Shown piece after piece: positions 1 to 11,311 of a DNA stretch of 64,000 bases; within the stretch, counting starts at the first letter, position 1; each line of letters starts with the position of its first letter. A program made the translations under genes and the position numbers. The DNA comes from Octopus vulgaris (Eukaryota): contig OX597825.1 of assembly GCA_951406725.2 (NCBI GenBank), positions 63,116,001-63,180,000 of the forward strand, given 5' to 3'. The notes beneath the pieces are model-generated. The model was not told where the DNA came from. It saw nothing but the letters and a program-made list of their open reading frames with translations, and did not search any database.

Positions 1-75
1 TGTGTATATATATATGCATGTATGTATATATATATATGTACATATATATATAAATATTTACATATATGTGTGTGT

Positions 76-118
<43 letters not shown>

Positions 119-496
119 TACACACACATATTGATATACACAAACACATTCACACAAAATTGGTTTCCATTACCCTGTAAACTGTGTATAACCTTATTTA
201 ACCCTTTCAATTTTAATTTCTGAAATGTTCTAATCCATTTCATGCTGGCAAGAGTCTGGTTTTGATGTCATTTTCAAAGATTTTGATACTTTCCTAAACT
301 TAAGTTTTTTTTATGAAGGTTGGATTTTTTCCAGTTTTTCTAATACTAACAGGATTTTTAATACGTTGGATCAAATGTTTTGTGGTTCTTGCTTTCACTT
401 GTATAAATACTTAGTTCAGATCTTGCTTTGTAAATGAGACTTCAAGTTCTTCATTTTGGGGGTTGGTAGATTTTATTAAGTGCACAGAAATTATTA

Positions 497-544
<48 letters not shown>

Positions 545-548
<4 letters not shown>

Positions 549-795
549 TTTATGTTTGACTTTTGCTCTACATTTGTACAAGTTGGCTCCAAGTCTCACC
601 CAGATACCTCAAGACACAACAAGTTGGAAGTTCATGTTGGTGTTATGCCTAGGGTGCCATATATTTGGTTTTGTACATAGTGTTGTTCTAGAGAATGTTA
701 AAGAAACCATAAGAAAATTATGTTTGTATTAAAACTTGAGATTACATAGAAAGTATTTTGCGTAGGATATGAGCAGTTCCCATGAGCACTATTCC
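545..795 (-). mobile_element. 3' end of R4/Dong-type non-LTR retrotransposon (RLE C-terminus plus 3' UTR) ending in (TAA)n
   Basis: Minus strand reads IVLMGTAHILRKILSM*, the typical ..LLGTA.ILRK.L terminus of restriction-like endonuclease LINEs. A 3' UTR follows and runs into the (TTA)n tract at 491-548. Confidence 0.7.
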
Positions 796-1094
796 ATTAT
801 GGTTGTTGTTGTTGTTATTATTATTATTATTCCTGATCAACTTTTTATATTTCACTTTTAGAGGAAGATAAGAGTAGAGTCAGAAGTGTTGCCTTTTTGT
901 CAGTTTGCTGAAAGGCAGATGAAAGTGGCAAAAATGGTGCAAGTGAACAGGCCTTCCTTGAGCATATGTCTGTAATTGGGAAAAGGAAAAGAGAAAAGGC
1001 ACCTACCCCAAAAGTCAGGACACCAATGGTTTCTATTGGATTTTTTCATGAGCAGCCCCAGAAATCTCCTCCCTGTTGAGGATTATACCTTGTT

Positions 1095-1225
1095 AGGTTC
1101 AAATGCTGCCAGGGTTGACTTCACACTTCATTCTTTCAGGGTTGATAAAATGAGTACCAGTTGAGCACTGGGGTTGACTTAAATCCTTCCTCAAAATTGC
1201 TGGCCTTGTGCCATAATTTGAAACC
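1095..1225 (+). mobile_element. SINE family B fragment (degenerate)
   Basis: gttcaaat...ttcattctttcagggttgataaaatgagtaccag matches the central domain of other family B copies in the window. Confidence 0.65.
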
Positions 1226-1893
1226 AATATTTTCCTTCAAATTTCACAACCACGTTTCAAACTAAACATACATTGCCTGTTTTAATTATTTTGAAAATAA
1301 TCACGATTGTGGAGAGATATGATTTAATAAAATAGCTTTGTTATTACTAACCAGCAGTTCAGAATGTAGATTCACAAAAGTGTCTTATATAAAATTACAA
1401 CAGATTTTAATTTGAAAATGCACTCTTTAAGGAGCAAGGAGGTTTTGCATGAGAGAACATCAGGCTGTCTTATGCAAATTGCTGTCACAAGTGTTAGAGC
1501 TGCCTAATATCAACTGCTTCCTTATTCTGTTATTCAACAAAGTAAGAAGATATTTGGTCTGTCCAACACAATCTGGCTGTAATTGTTGGCCGTTTATAAT
1601 TTAATGACCTGACATTTGCAACAATCTGATTGCAACGTTTATGAAATCTAGAGATCTTTCTGTAATGATATTTTTCAGGAAACTAAATAAATTTGATTTT
1701 CGGTTAAGAGATTACAACTTGCCTAATCTTTCAACCAATCACTGAAATAATCTTTATATGTGATTTGTGGAATCACAGTTGCTTCATATCTGTGCAATAT
1801 CATATTTCTTAGATCGTCTCAATGTTCACTGTGCATAATAAGCAGGATATTTAACAGGGAAGGGAAGAGAATTTGATTTAATGTGACCCCTGC

Positions 1894-2040
1894 ATGACCT
1901 CAATAATGAATGAAGATACAATACAAAATGCTTTAAGTGAGAATGGAAATTATGTAGAATGTTTTAGCCGAAAGTCTGTTGATGCTGTATATTCTACAGC
2001 ATTTCTTGAAATCAGTAGAAACTATATTAGTTATAGAAAA
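1894..2040 (+). CDS. candidate coding exon of an unknown small gene (weak)
   Basis: ATG at 1894 opens 49 codons (MTSIMNEDTIQNALSENGNYVECFSRKSVDAVYSTAFLEISRNYISYRK) ending exactly at a consensus GTAAGT donor (2041). Possible acceptor tttcttag at 1812. No recognisable homology. Confidence 0.2.
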
Positions 2041-2296
2041 GTAAGTGTTTTAGAATGGTATGCAGCTGTGTGACACAGGTTCAAGCCTAGTATAGGCAAT
2101 TATTCTTCGTTTATATTTTGTAACTGTGACATCTGCTAATGGACGATGGTTTCCAAAGGGAAGCACCTCAATATGCTGATTTAAAGAACCAAAGAAGAAA
2201 CCTCTATGCAATCACTTCACCTGTTAGAAATGGTATCCTAATGTCATTCCACTCAAACAGGTTCAAGATCTAAGATATCTCATAGAAATAGCTGAT

Positions 2297-2678
2297 AGGT
2301 GTAGGAGTGGCTGTGTGGTAAGTAGCTTGTTTACCAACCACACGGTTCCGGGTTCAGTCCCACTGCATGGCACTTTGGGCAAGTGTCTTCTACTATAGCC
2401 TCGGGTTGGCCAAAGCCTTGTGAGGGGATTTGGTAGACAGAAACTGAAAGAAGCCCGTGTGTATATATGTGTGCGTGTTTGTGTTTGACCTCCAACATCA
2501 CTTGACAACCGATGCTGGTATGTTTATGTCATCGTAGCTTAGCAGTTCAGCAAAAGAGACCAATAGAATAAGTTCTAGGCTTACAAAGAATAAGTCCCGG
2601 GGTTGATTTTCTCGACTAAAGGTGTAGCTCCAGCATGGCCACAGTCAAATGACTAAAACAAGTAAAAGAGTAAAAGAA
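2297..2678 (+). mobile_element. SINE family A (tRNA head, CORE-like domain, internal microsatellite, (AAAGAGT)n-like tail)
   Basis: A box gtggctgtgtggtaag, B box gggttcagtccc, CORE-like ctttgggcaagtgtcttct, tail gtaaaagagtaaaag. About 16 copies in the window; resembles octopus OR-type SINEs. Confidence 0.9.
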
Positions 2679-2927
2679 ATATAATCCTGATCTTGTAAAT
2701 CACAAATTATAGAGCGATGTGGGGAGGAGAAGAGGGAGAAAGGGATAACGTATGTTTGTATTTGTATATTACAGAATTTATGTCTGTTTGTGCATGGGGG
2801 GAGGGGACATGTTTGATGACTGTAATGCAGAATGTTACAAACAGAGAATACTGTAAGGCAGATGTATTGAAGAATTGAGTCTTTGATACACTATGTAAAT
2901 AGTAGACGTAAATAATAGATGTAAATA

Positions 2928-3159
2928 TATTTCTTTACTACCCACAAGGGGCTAAACACAGAGGGGACAAACAAGGACAGACATAGGTATTAAGTCGATT
3001 ACATCGACCCCAGTGCATAACTGATACTTAGTTTATCGATCCCGAAAGGATGAAAGGCAAAATCAACCTCGGCAGAATTTGAACTCAGAACGTAACGGCA
3101 GACGAAATACAGCTACGCATTTCACCCGGCATGCTAACGATTCTGTCAGCTCGCCGCCT
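2928..3159 (-). mobile_element. SINE family B (tRNA head plus conserved gcctttcatcctttcggggtcgataaa domain)
   Basis: Full copy with head ggcggcgagctgacag and B box gagttcaaattc, flanked by an imperfect gtaaataatagatgtaa duplication. Confidence 0.9.
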
Positions 3160-3233
3160 GAAATAGGTGTAAATAATAGATGTAATTGATAGATGATTCT
3201 GGCAGGAATACTTTTGCTTTTGTTTTTCCACAG

Positions 3234-3323
3234 GTCAACGCAAACAGGGTTAAATTAGGGCTGAAAATTAAATGCTGCACAATGTACTACAAAAAAGAAT
3301 ATTTATCACTGGCAAGAAACTGA
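3234..3323 (+). CDS. candidate second/terminal coding exon (weak)
   Basis: Strong acceptor cttttgcttttgtttttccacag|G. In phase 0 it is open for 29 codons to TGA, in frame with 1894-2040. AATAAA at 3561. Confidence 0.17.
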   Translation, partial: VNANRVKLGLKIKCCTMYYKKEYLSLARN

Positions 3324-4129
3324 TATATTAATCATTTGATACCTTTTGTTTATCACTGATGGAAATGTATCTTAATATTTTAAGACATCTACCTAAATAT
3401 ACTGATGAAAAATCAATTAATATTGTAATAAAGGATCACCTTCCCTACCAATTTATGTTTTTCTCATATTCTTTTTTATTAGCCTTTCTCTTGCTCTTTC
3501 TTTATCCTTCCTCTTAATTCTTTGTGACTGGCAGTATAATTTCCCTGTTCAGTTCTATCCAATAAATACCAATTTTATATGTGACATATCAGTGGTCTCA
3601 TTATTGAGAGCTCTAGAAAGTGTAAACTAGTTGCTCTTGAGATCAGTATTGTTTGGGGGGATAATTTACTAGCATAACTACCAACCAAACTGCCTGTTGT
3701 CCCCCTCTTCATCAAGCTTTCATCTGTATATATAAAAGGCAGGATGTGTGTGTGTACGTGAATGTAATTTATGCACGTCCACAAATTAGCACGTATGTCG
3801 TTCCAATTTTAGGAGGACATTCGTCATGACCCTAGCTATATTTTCGTCAACTTATTTTTACCAGCGAATTGCAGTAAAATTAAATTTTCAACCAAAACTT
3901 TTAACAATTTTCAAGTCGGAGAAATCACCATTGTTTGTAAACAGGAGTTTACGAATAAGTTTTGTTAAGACTTTTGTTGCTTTTTTCCATCGTCTGGGCT
4001 TAAAAAAATGCCCTCAATGTTGTCTTCATTGTCCTGTTTTTATTCTTTATGTGTACTGTATTTTTATTTGTATTTGTATTTTTATTTTGTATTTGTATTT
4101 TTATTTGTATTTGTATTTTTATTTGTATT

Positions 4130-4430
4130 GCTTTTACGTCCTGTTCTTGTCACATTTTTTTCTTTCCTTGTTTTTACCCCTCTGCAAAGGAATTTTATTT
4201 AATTCTTTTGCAGGAAGGACTAGTTCGACCGGATCGTGTTCTGTCCTTACCTTCAAAACACGTATTGCGTCGAACCAGGGACAGCTGATAAAGGGGAATA
4301 TTCCTTGTATTGTTTGTCTTGTACTTTGTTTTTTCGTTGTTAAAAAAGTCCGTTTCCTAGTTTGTTTTTATGTTTTCGTTTCTCGTTGAGTTCTACGTTT
4401 ATTTATAGTGTCCTGTACTCATATATATAT
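4130..4430 (+). mobile_element. PLE-like terminal module (family shared with 44470-44665)
   Basis: Similar to 44470-44665: ggaaggac..gtcctt hairpin and ca(g/a)ctgat(a/g)aaggggaatattc. T-rich tail ends in (TA)n. Confidence 0.45.
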
Positions 4431-4439
4431 GATCGCCAT

Positions 4440-4641
4440 GTTGATTCGCTAGCTTCTGCGCGCATTTTTTTCTCTCCTTGGTTCTCTCCGTGTTTCTTTT
4501 CTGTGTATCTTTCTGTTGAAGAACGTAGGCCCGAAACGTAAAAGACTTGTTTTATTTATATTCCTTAGCGCCATACTAATACAATTGTTTGTTTGTATTC
4601 CACCTGCCTTCGTCTTTTGTTTATTTTCATAAAGCTTCCCG

Positions 4642-4642
<1 letters not shown>
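4440..4642 (+). mobile_element. PLE-type pseudo-LTR module with hammerhead-like core
   Basis: Homologous to 20305-20470; ends in (TA)n. Confidence 0.6.
4508..4545 (+). ncRNA. degenerate minimal type I hammerhead ribozyme
   Basis: TCTTT-CTGTTGA-A-gaacgtaggccc-GAAAC-GT-A-AAAGA: 5-bp stem I, palindromic ACGT stem III, GUA triplet. The core has A6 changed to U. Confidence 0.5.
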
Positions 4643-4691
<49 letters not shown>

Positions 4692-4807
4692 GTATATATA
4701 CATGTAGATGTAGGTACGTACATGCATGTATGTATGCATATATTTTATTTATTAAATTATTGTATGACTGAACTCCCTCGCGTCGTTTCGTTTCTTTTCT
4801 CCAAGTA

Positions 4808-4865
<58 letters not shown>

Positions 4866-5152
4866 AATTTCAACAGTTTTCGCCCATATTTGACGTCGAT
4901 GTTACTTAGTTTGGTTTGAAATAAAGAACTTGATTAGCTTAATAATCCCAACTTAATCTCGGGCAAAGCCGGGTTATACTGCTTGTCTTCTATATTTGAT
5001 AATCTGGAGTTAGATTAACTCATCACCTCCAGTATTGATGTTATATACTTTTACTCTCAGTGTATCAACTTAGATATTCTCATCAATTTAGATATATATT
5101 TCATATTTTTCCAGCTGATCACTGTTAACTATGGCATAAAATTTCCTATACA

Positions 5153-5672
5153 TATTGTTGTATTTAGGGGTGGTCATTTTGCCAGTTTAGCCAATAAAAA
5201 CGCATGCACTATATATTTGGTGTTAATTTGCTTCAGCTTTATATATTTTTTGCATTAATCTTAATCTTATTTTGGCCAGAAGTATAAACACATGAACAAA
5301 ATAAACAAAAACAAATTACACGAACGTGTATAAACAAGAGATACAGATAATAGAGGCACTCCCCACCACACACACACTAACTAAACATACACACACATAG
5401 GGGTATACGCATGCGCAAATAAAGACACATACAATAAGAATACAAAATACAAAATGGCTGATCGTTAGTAAGGAGAGACACGCAAATAAGAAAGAAGAAA
5501 GTAAAGGGCCACTGATGAGATCACAGAAGTGTGACGAAAGAACTTTGGTTGAAATAAGATTAAGATTAATGTAAAAAATAAATAAAGATGAAGCAAATTA
5601 ACACCAAATATATAGTACGTGTGTTTTTATTGGCTAAACTGGCAAAATGACCATTCCTAAATACAACAATAT
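5153..5672 (+). mobile_element. PLE-type insertion with inverted ~130-bp arms and internal hammerhead
   Basis: Arms 5153-5283 and 5542-5672 are reverse complements; hammerhead core at 5512-5539. Confidence 0.7.
5507..5550 (+). ncRNA. minimal type I hammerhead ribozyme
   Basis: GGCCA-CTGATGA-G(a)TCAC agaagt GTGAC-GAAAG-aa-CT-T-TGGTT: intact CUGAUGA and GAAA, with stems I, II and III pairable. Confidence 0.65.
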
Positions 5673-6258
5673 CTGTTTCAACACATGATTTCACATCAAG
5701 AATCTTGCAAAACAAATATATAAACGTAAAAATCTCCTATACAGTATTCTTTCTTCTTAAAAATTAATAGCCAAATCACTCTTAAATTACATTATACCCT
5801 CTTAAGGAATAGGAAGGAAACATATGTGGAAATGTAGTTCAGAATATCGATATATTTTAAGTTGACATGTCTGCTTTGAGCCTCCAGGCTCATGAATCCA
5901 GAGCTTCTCTTGATTTCTGTGGCAAACGAGATTACAAGAGTATGTCCTGATTGAGATCCAATCTGTGAGATGCTAATCCATCACAAAGTTTAAGTTTCAA
6001 CTGCCATTAGTTCTCATTTGCGGTTGAGTGGATGGAATAATATGAAATGAAGCTCTTTGCCAAAGCCCACAACATTCCACCTGATCTGGGAACCAAAACT
6101 CTGATCTAACGAACATAAGCCTGACCTCTGACTACAACACAATGTGTAACACCTTTACCAGATGAATATTTTTAAAATGTAGATATGTCTATAGTCAGAT
6201 TGTTTTTAAAACAACAACACAAACATGACTTAAACAGACACACAATATTTAAATTCTC

Positions 6259-6307
<49 letters not shown>

Positions 6308-6321
6308 GTAATAATAATAAT

Positions 6322-6537
6322 AATCCTTTTTGTTATAGGCACAAACTGAAATTTTGTGGGAGGGGACTAGACAGTTACTTTAACCCTAGTGCTTGAATGG
6401 CACTTATTTCATTGATCCCAGAGGGATGAAAAGTGTAGTTGACTATGGTGGCATTTGAACTCAGAACATAAAGGCAGAAGAAATGCCGCTAAGCATTTTG
6501 TCTGACACGATAACAAATCTGTTAGCTCACCACACCA
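6322..6537 (-). mobile_element. SINE family B (degenerate) with (TAA)n tract
   Basis: ggatgaaaagtgtagttgac..atttgaactcagaac; adjacent (TAA)n at 6259-6322. Confidence 0.75.
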
Positions 6538-7542
6538 CTTTAATGACGACGACGACGATGATGATGATAACCAGATACAGTTTATGGACGGCAAAGCTAC
6601 CATTAACAAGATTTGAACTCAAAACACAAAGAACCTGTATTACTACCAAGTGGTACTCTAAATAATAATTAAAAAATGCAACGTATAATCAAGGCAGTTG
6701 ATAATCTTACATGTAATATATACGACTCTAAAAGCTATTTTTCCTTGATATTTTCTTTAATTCAAAAAAATTTTCTGAAGAATTATATAAGAAACATTTT
6801 GGCACTGATATGCTTGTAATGGTATATCCATTTCTTTTAAAGAAATCTACTGGTTAAATGCAGTCATATATCATGTGCTCCCCTTGGCTAGAATAATACC
6901 GCATCTGTCTTCAGACTTCCATCAAACAAATCCTTTAACAAATAGCTATTGGCAGCTAATTTTCTCCTTTTCATCAAAATATAGTCTCCCTTTGACTTTG
7001 GAAATCTGCGTACTGTTTTCTCTTATATCTTAACGAACTTATACATCATCCATTCATTATAAATTAATGGCAATATCTTCCAGCTTTTCTACATTTAAAC
7101 TCATAGTCAGTTTGATTACTACAGCAGCGTATCCCATGTATTTGTCTTACGTGTATAGTTATCATTTCTTTTGTGTACCTACGTGCATGTCTGTCTCCCA
7201 GTCAGCTTGTCAGTCTGTCTGTTTTTAAATAAATACATGTGTAAATATATGCCTATCAACCGAATTACCTTTTCACTAACCTTACTTTTCACTTACCTTA
7301 CTTTTTAACTTACCTTCCTCCCTACCTATTTACCTACATGTTGATGTATAGAACTAATTATCTCCATACCAACATGACTTCCTCCATACCTACTTGACAG
7401 TCTCCCTACCTATCCTCTTTCTTTTTACATCCCACCATTACCTATGTCATAAACTACCAATCCAGCCATATAACTATTTACAAAATCACTAACCTACATT
7501 CCTACATCCCTACCTATCTACCAACCAACCTACCTACTTATC

Positions 7543-7948
7543 TTTATCTACTCTAGGCACAAGGCCCGAAATTTGGGGGGAGGGGGCCAGTCGATTAGAT
7601 CGACTGCAGTACACAACTGGTACTTAGTTTATCGACCACGAAAGGATAAAATTATGAAAGGCAAATTCGACCTAAGCAGAATTTGAACTCAGAAGACAGG
7701 CGAAATACCTATTTCTATTTCTTTACTACCCACAAGGGGCTAAGCACAGAGGGGACAAACAAAGACAAACAAATGGATCAAGTCGATTATATCGACCCCA
7801 GTGCGTAATTGGTACTTAATTTATATACCCCGAAAGGATGAAAGGCAAAGTCGACCTCGGCAGAATTTGAACTCAGAACGTAGCGGCAGACGAAATTCCA
7901 CTAAACATTTCGCCCGGCGTGCTAACGTTTCTGCCAGCTCGTCGCCTT
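7543..7948 (-). mobile_element. SINE family B tandem dimer
   Basis: A full copy (7712-7948) is joined through its gaaataggtatttc tail to a head-truncated copy (7543-7710). Confidence 0.85.
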
Positions 7949-8251
7949 ACCAACCTACCTATCTCTCAACCAATATTCTACCTCCCACCTTACACCTACC
8001 ACCATATACCTTAGGCATTAGAATGACCGATAAGTACAAACAAGACTATACTATGCTGAAGAGCTGTAATAACACGTAAAAGTGTCTAGAGCTAGTCTGC
8101 CGTACTCTCCAACGAATGTTTTTACTACTCATTCCTTTCTTACTTTCTATATTTTATTAATTTCAGTTGATTTAAATTTCAAAGTTTCTCACCTATCCCT
8201 TCAGCAAATAATCAGTGGAAATATTTCTTTTCCTTCTCTCTCAAGTACAGT

Positions 8252-8462
8252 GTAGGTGTGTGGCTTAATGCTTAGGGTGTTGGACTCATGATCATAAAAT
8301 TGTGGTTTTGATTTGTGGACCGAGTAATGCGTCATGTTCTTGCAAAAATGAGTAATCTTGCGATAGACCGGGATCCCGTCCAGGTGGGAAATATATACGC
8401 TTTGAAGCAGGGAAACCAGACATTATGAGCTGGTGTTACCCGAGAAGGTAATTCTACCCTTT
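8252..8462 (+). mobile_element. tRNA-derived SINE family E (internally deleted)
   Basis: Head gtgtgtggcttaatgcttagggtgttggactcatgatc, related to the reverse of 57660-57893. Confidence 0.6.
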
Positions 8463-8599
8463 ACCTCTTCTCTCAAGTACATTAACACTGATTTATCTGT
8501 CTATCTACAAAGAGGATTGTGGTGCAGTAAAGAGGGAAAATTACAGGTGCAATATGCGTGTTTGTGTGTATATGAAGGAAAACAAAGCTAGGTGTGTAT

Positions 8600-8960
8600 T
8601 AGCATACAAAGTTGCAAAAGAAAATCAGGTAAAAATGATAAAAACAAATATGAGATCGAGCAAACAAAAGTTTACTCCTCTTCAGCTGTTTGCTGGAGGA
8701 TCTCTGTGGTTTCAATATCGAACGACATCCTGCCAGCTCCAGTGATTAACAATCATTAGGTTGTTAGGCATTGAAAAGTTGATACGAGACACGAAGAACA
8801 TGAAAAATTCACAGTGATGTCGTCGCAATTAGGACACAGAAATGATAGCATACATCTTTTACAACAAAATCATAAGAGAACAAAACACTACAAAACAATA
8901 GCGTTAATGAGTGTTGCTAGAAAGATAAGGGCATATAATTCTAAGTGCTCGAGCGGTGGC
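8600..8960 (+). pseudogene. highly decayed LINE (RTE-like) reverse transcriptase fragment
   Basis: HYKTIALMSVARKI.AYN resembles the RT motif NYR.IALMSV..K.YN; the surrounding frames are broken. Confidence 0.35.
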
Positions 8961-9886
8961 TCTCGAACAAATGCGTGGAAAGCTGGAGAGGTGGAGAGAT
9001 AATTGTGTTCTCTGAGAGAACTGGAGGAAAAAAGAAAGGTAAGAGGGTAAATAGGAAGAATGTTGAGAACAAAGATAGTAGAAAAAGAGAGACAGAGGTA
9101 GACAGAAAGAGAAATAGAGAGAGAGAAGAGTTATAGAACCGAGAAAAAGAGAAATTGCTTGAGGAAAGTCACCAGAATTAAATAAATTACAAAATGTAAG
9201 CAAACAAGGTCATGTGCATGCACACAGACGTATATATCTACATATAGAGAAAGTAATAAAAAGAGTGACAGAGGAGGGTAATGTATGTAGAGTGTAAATA
9301 TCTGATATGTGAGGAAAACGATGTTCAATACTTAAAATTTGAATAAATCTCTGGATTAAATGCTGCATTAATATAATTGATCTGTTCAGTTGAAATTGAA
9401 TCATGTTTAGTTTTACACTTAATAGATAAATATTTGCTGAAATCGCCCTCCGAGATGTAAACATGACATGTATAGCTGCAATGAGATTAAGAGAGCTCTT
9501 TAAATTATGTGAAATACCATGAAATTATGCTGATGCAATGAAACCGCTGTAACATTATTTGTTCTTAACAGATATTTGCTTCTTTTTCTAAAGATTCTGT
9601 ATTTCCCTCAGGTTTTTCTTTCTTTTGATTTAATTTAATTTTTTTTTTTTTGAGTTATAAAATATGAATAAAATTATTTGATGGGAGGAAAAATGAAAAA
9701 CAAGAAAGATCCGTAAACAGGACTTAATTGGAATAATTTAAAATATAATTTATGAAATTAAAGATAAAAGAAAGGTTCAGACAGCAACCTAAAAACTCGA
9801 AATGTGAAAGATGGGATGAAACGGCGGTTGTAAAACATAGCGTTTATAGAAAGAGAAGCAATATGCATGTACGTAACATACACATA

Positions 9887-10410
9887 CTGTAAATCCTCGA
9901 GTATAATCCGCATTTTTCCCCAAAAAATTTAAGGGTCAAAATCCCTCGTGCGTAGTATATACGAGGTTAAAAATGAAAAATATTTTCTAAGCAATGTCCG
10001 AGTCTCTATTTGCTGTCCGGCAATGATTATTCAGGCGCATTTTGTGATGTCGGGCGCGAAAATACCTTAAGCTAAGCCTGATAGCAATGAAGTCATAAGA
10101 GAATCATCCATAACTTGCAGTAAGCAACATTTATTAAAACAAAAGTATTCAGAACACAGAATAACATGTAACAAAATACAATTTGCAAACATATTTACAT
10201 TCCCATATAACAGTTAAGAACATCACCATTATTGTATTACGCATGCACAGAAGTGTTTGTTCGACTAGGTGCTGCTGGTTTAATTACGCACGACTCAAAT
10301 TAGAGAAGGAGTGCGTATTATATACAAGGTTTTGGTTTTTCAGCGATACAGCCCCCTAAAAATCCCCTGCGTATTATACTCAAGGGCGGACTACACTCGA
10401 AGATTTACGG
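9887..10410. mobile_element. Tc1/mariner (pogo-type) MITE
   Basis: TIRs ctgtaaatcctcgagtataatccgc / gcggactacactcgaagatttacgg (21/25 match), TA on both sides, and subterminal tgcgtattata repeats. Confidence 0.8.
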
Positions 10411-10435
10411 TATATATAGATATACAAAAACACAT

Positions 10436-10585
10436 CAGGCGCGGTCCCAAGAATTTTTCGAAGGGAGAGCACAAGGTCAAAAGGGAATACAGTTCCAGGA
10501 GAAAAGGGTGTAATAATATTATTTTGAAGGGCACACTTTTTTCTTGAGGAGGCATGTGCTCTCACACCCCCTGGGTCCACCCCAG
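10436..10585. mobile_element. PIF/Harbinger-type MITE (degenerate)
   Basis: Ends caggcgcggtcccaag / ctgggtccaccccag resemble CAGGGGCGGACCCAG-type TIRs. Confidence 0.45.
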
Positions 10586-10649
10586 CACACATACACAAAT
10601 CTATCTATACACACATATTTGCATATCTATCTGCACACATACATGAAGC

Positions 10650-11130
10650 ATCTTCGTCGTCGCTTCCTTCTGATTTCCTTGTATTCTTTACATCGGTGAT
10701 AGAATGTCGGAGATGTGGTTTTGGTTAGAGTGGGCCCTGACTTGCCAGGATTGAACCACATACTTTGGTCTTCAAGACATCCTATGCAGCTTATGTGAAA
10801 TATGACATGGAGGAGCAGGCAAGACAACTGCAACGGACAACCGTCGGCCCAGTTGTTACTTCAGCTGCACCTTCGTAACCAATCCGTCTGACATTGTCTC
10901 CTTCCGTCAGCCGAGCCATTGAGGTAGTAGGATTTCATCCACTTGTTCTGACTTTGGATTCTTCGGTGAATATTTTATCGAAATGTCTTTGTAATCCTCC
11001 CAGGTCAGCGGGAACTCTCTCGGCTCGCGATAGTTTTTAGCTGGAATGGTCTTAGTACTAAGTCAGAGGCCCAGGTTCTTCCCTGAACATGGCTGATTGC
11101 CTAGGATTGCGGTGACAGTATCTGAAAACA
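10650..11130 (-). mobile_element. probable non-autonomous RTE-derived element
   Basis: GC-richer segment with RTE 5'-UTR-like motifs (tgtcagacggattggttacgaaggtgcagc) and a short (GAC/GAA) tail at the low-coordinate end. Confidence 0.35.
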
Positions 11131-11240
11131 GACTATATATTTATTGCACGTCACTCAGTGAAAGATATTACCTGTATGCAGGCATTGACTTTATATATGC
11201 ACGTGCGTGTGTGGGCAATGTATACATACATACATACATA

Positions 11241-11300
<60 letters not shown>

Positions 11301-11311
11301 CATACGTATGT

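Larger units (their letters stand above)
3723..4985 (+). mobile_element. non-autonomous Helitron carrying nested PLE-like fragments
   Basis: 5' A|TCTGTATATATAAAAGGCAGGATGTGTGTG. 3' GC hairpin ctcgggcaaagccggg (4958-4973) followed by CTTG|T (CTRR-like with one change). Inserted between A and T, no TSD. Confidence 0.65.
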
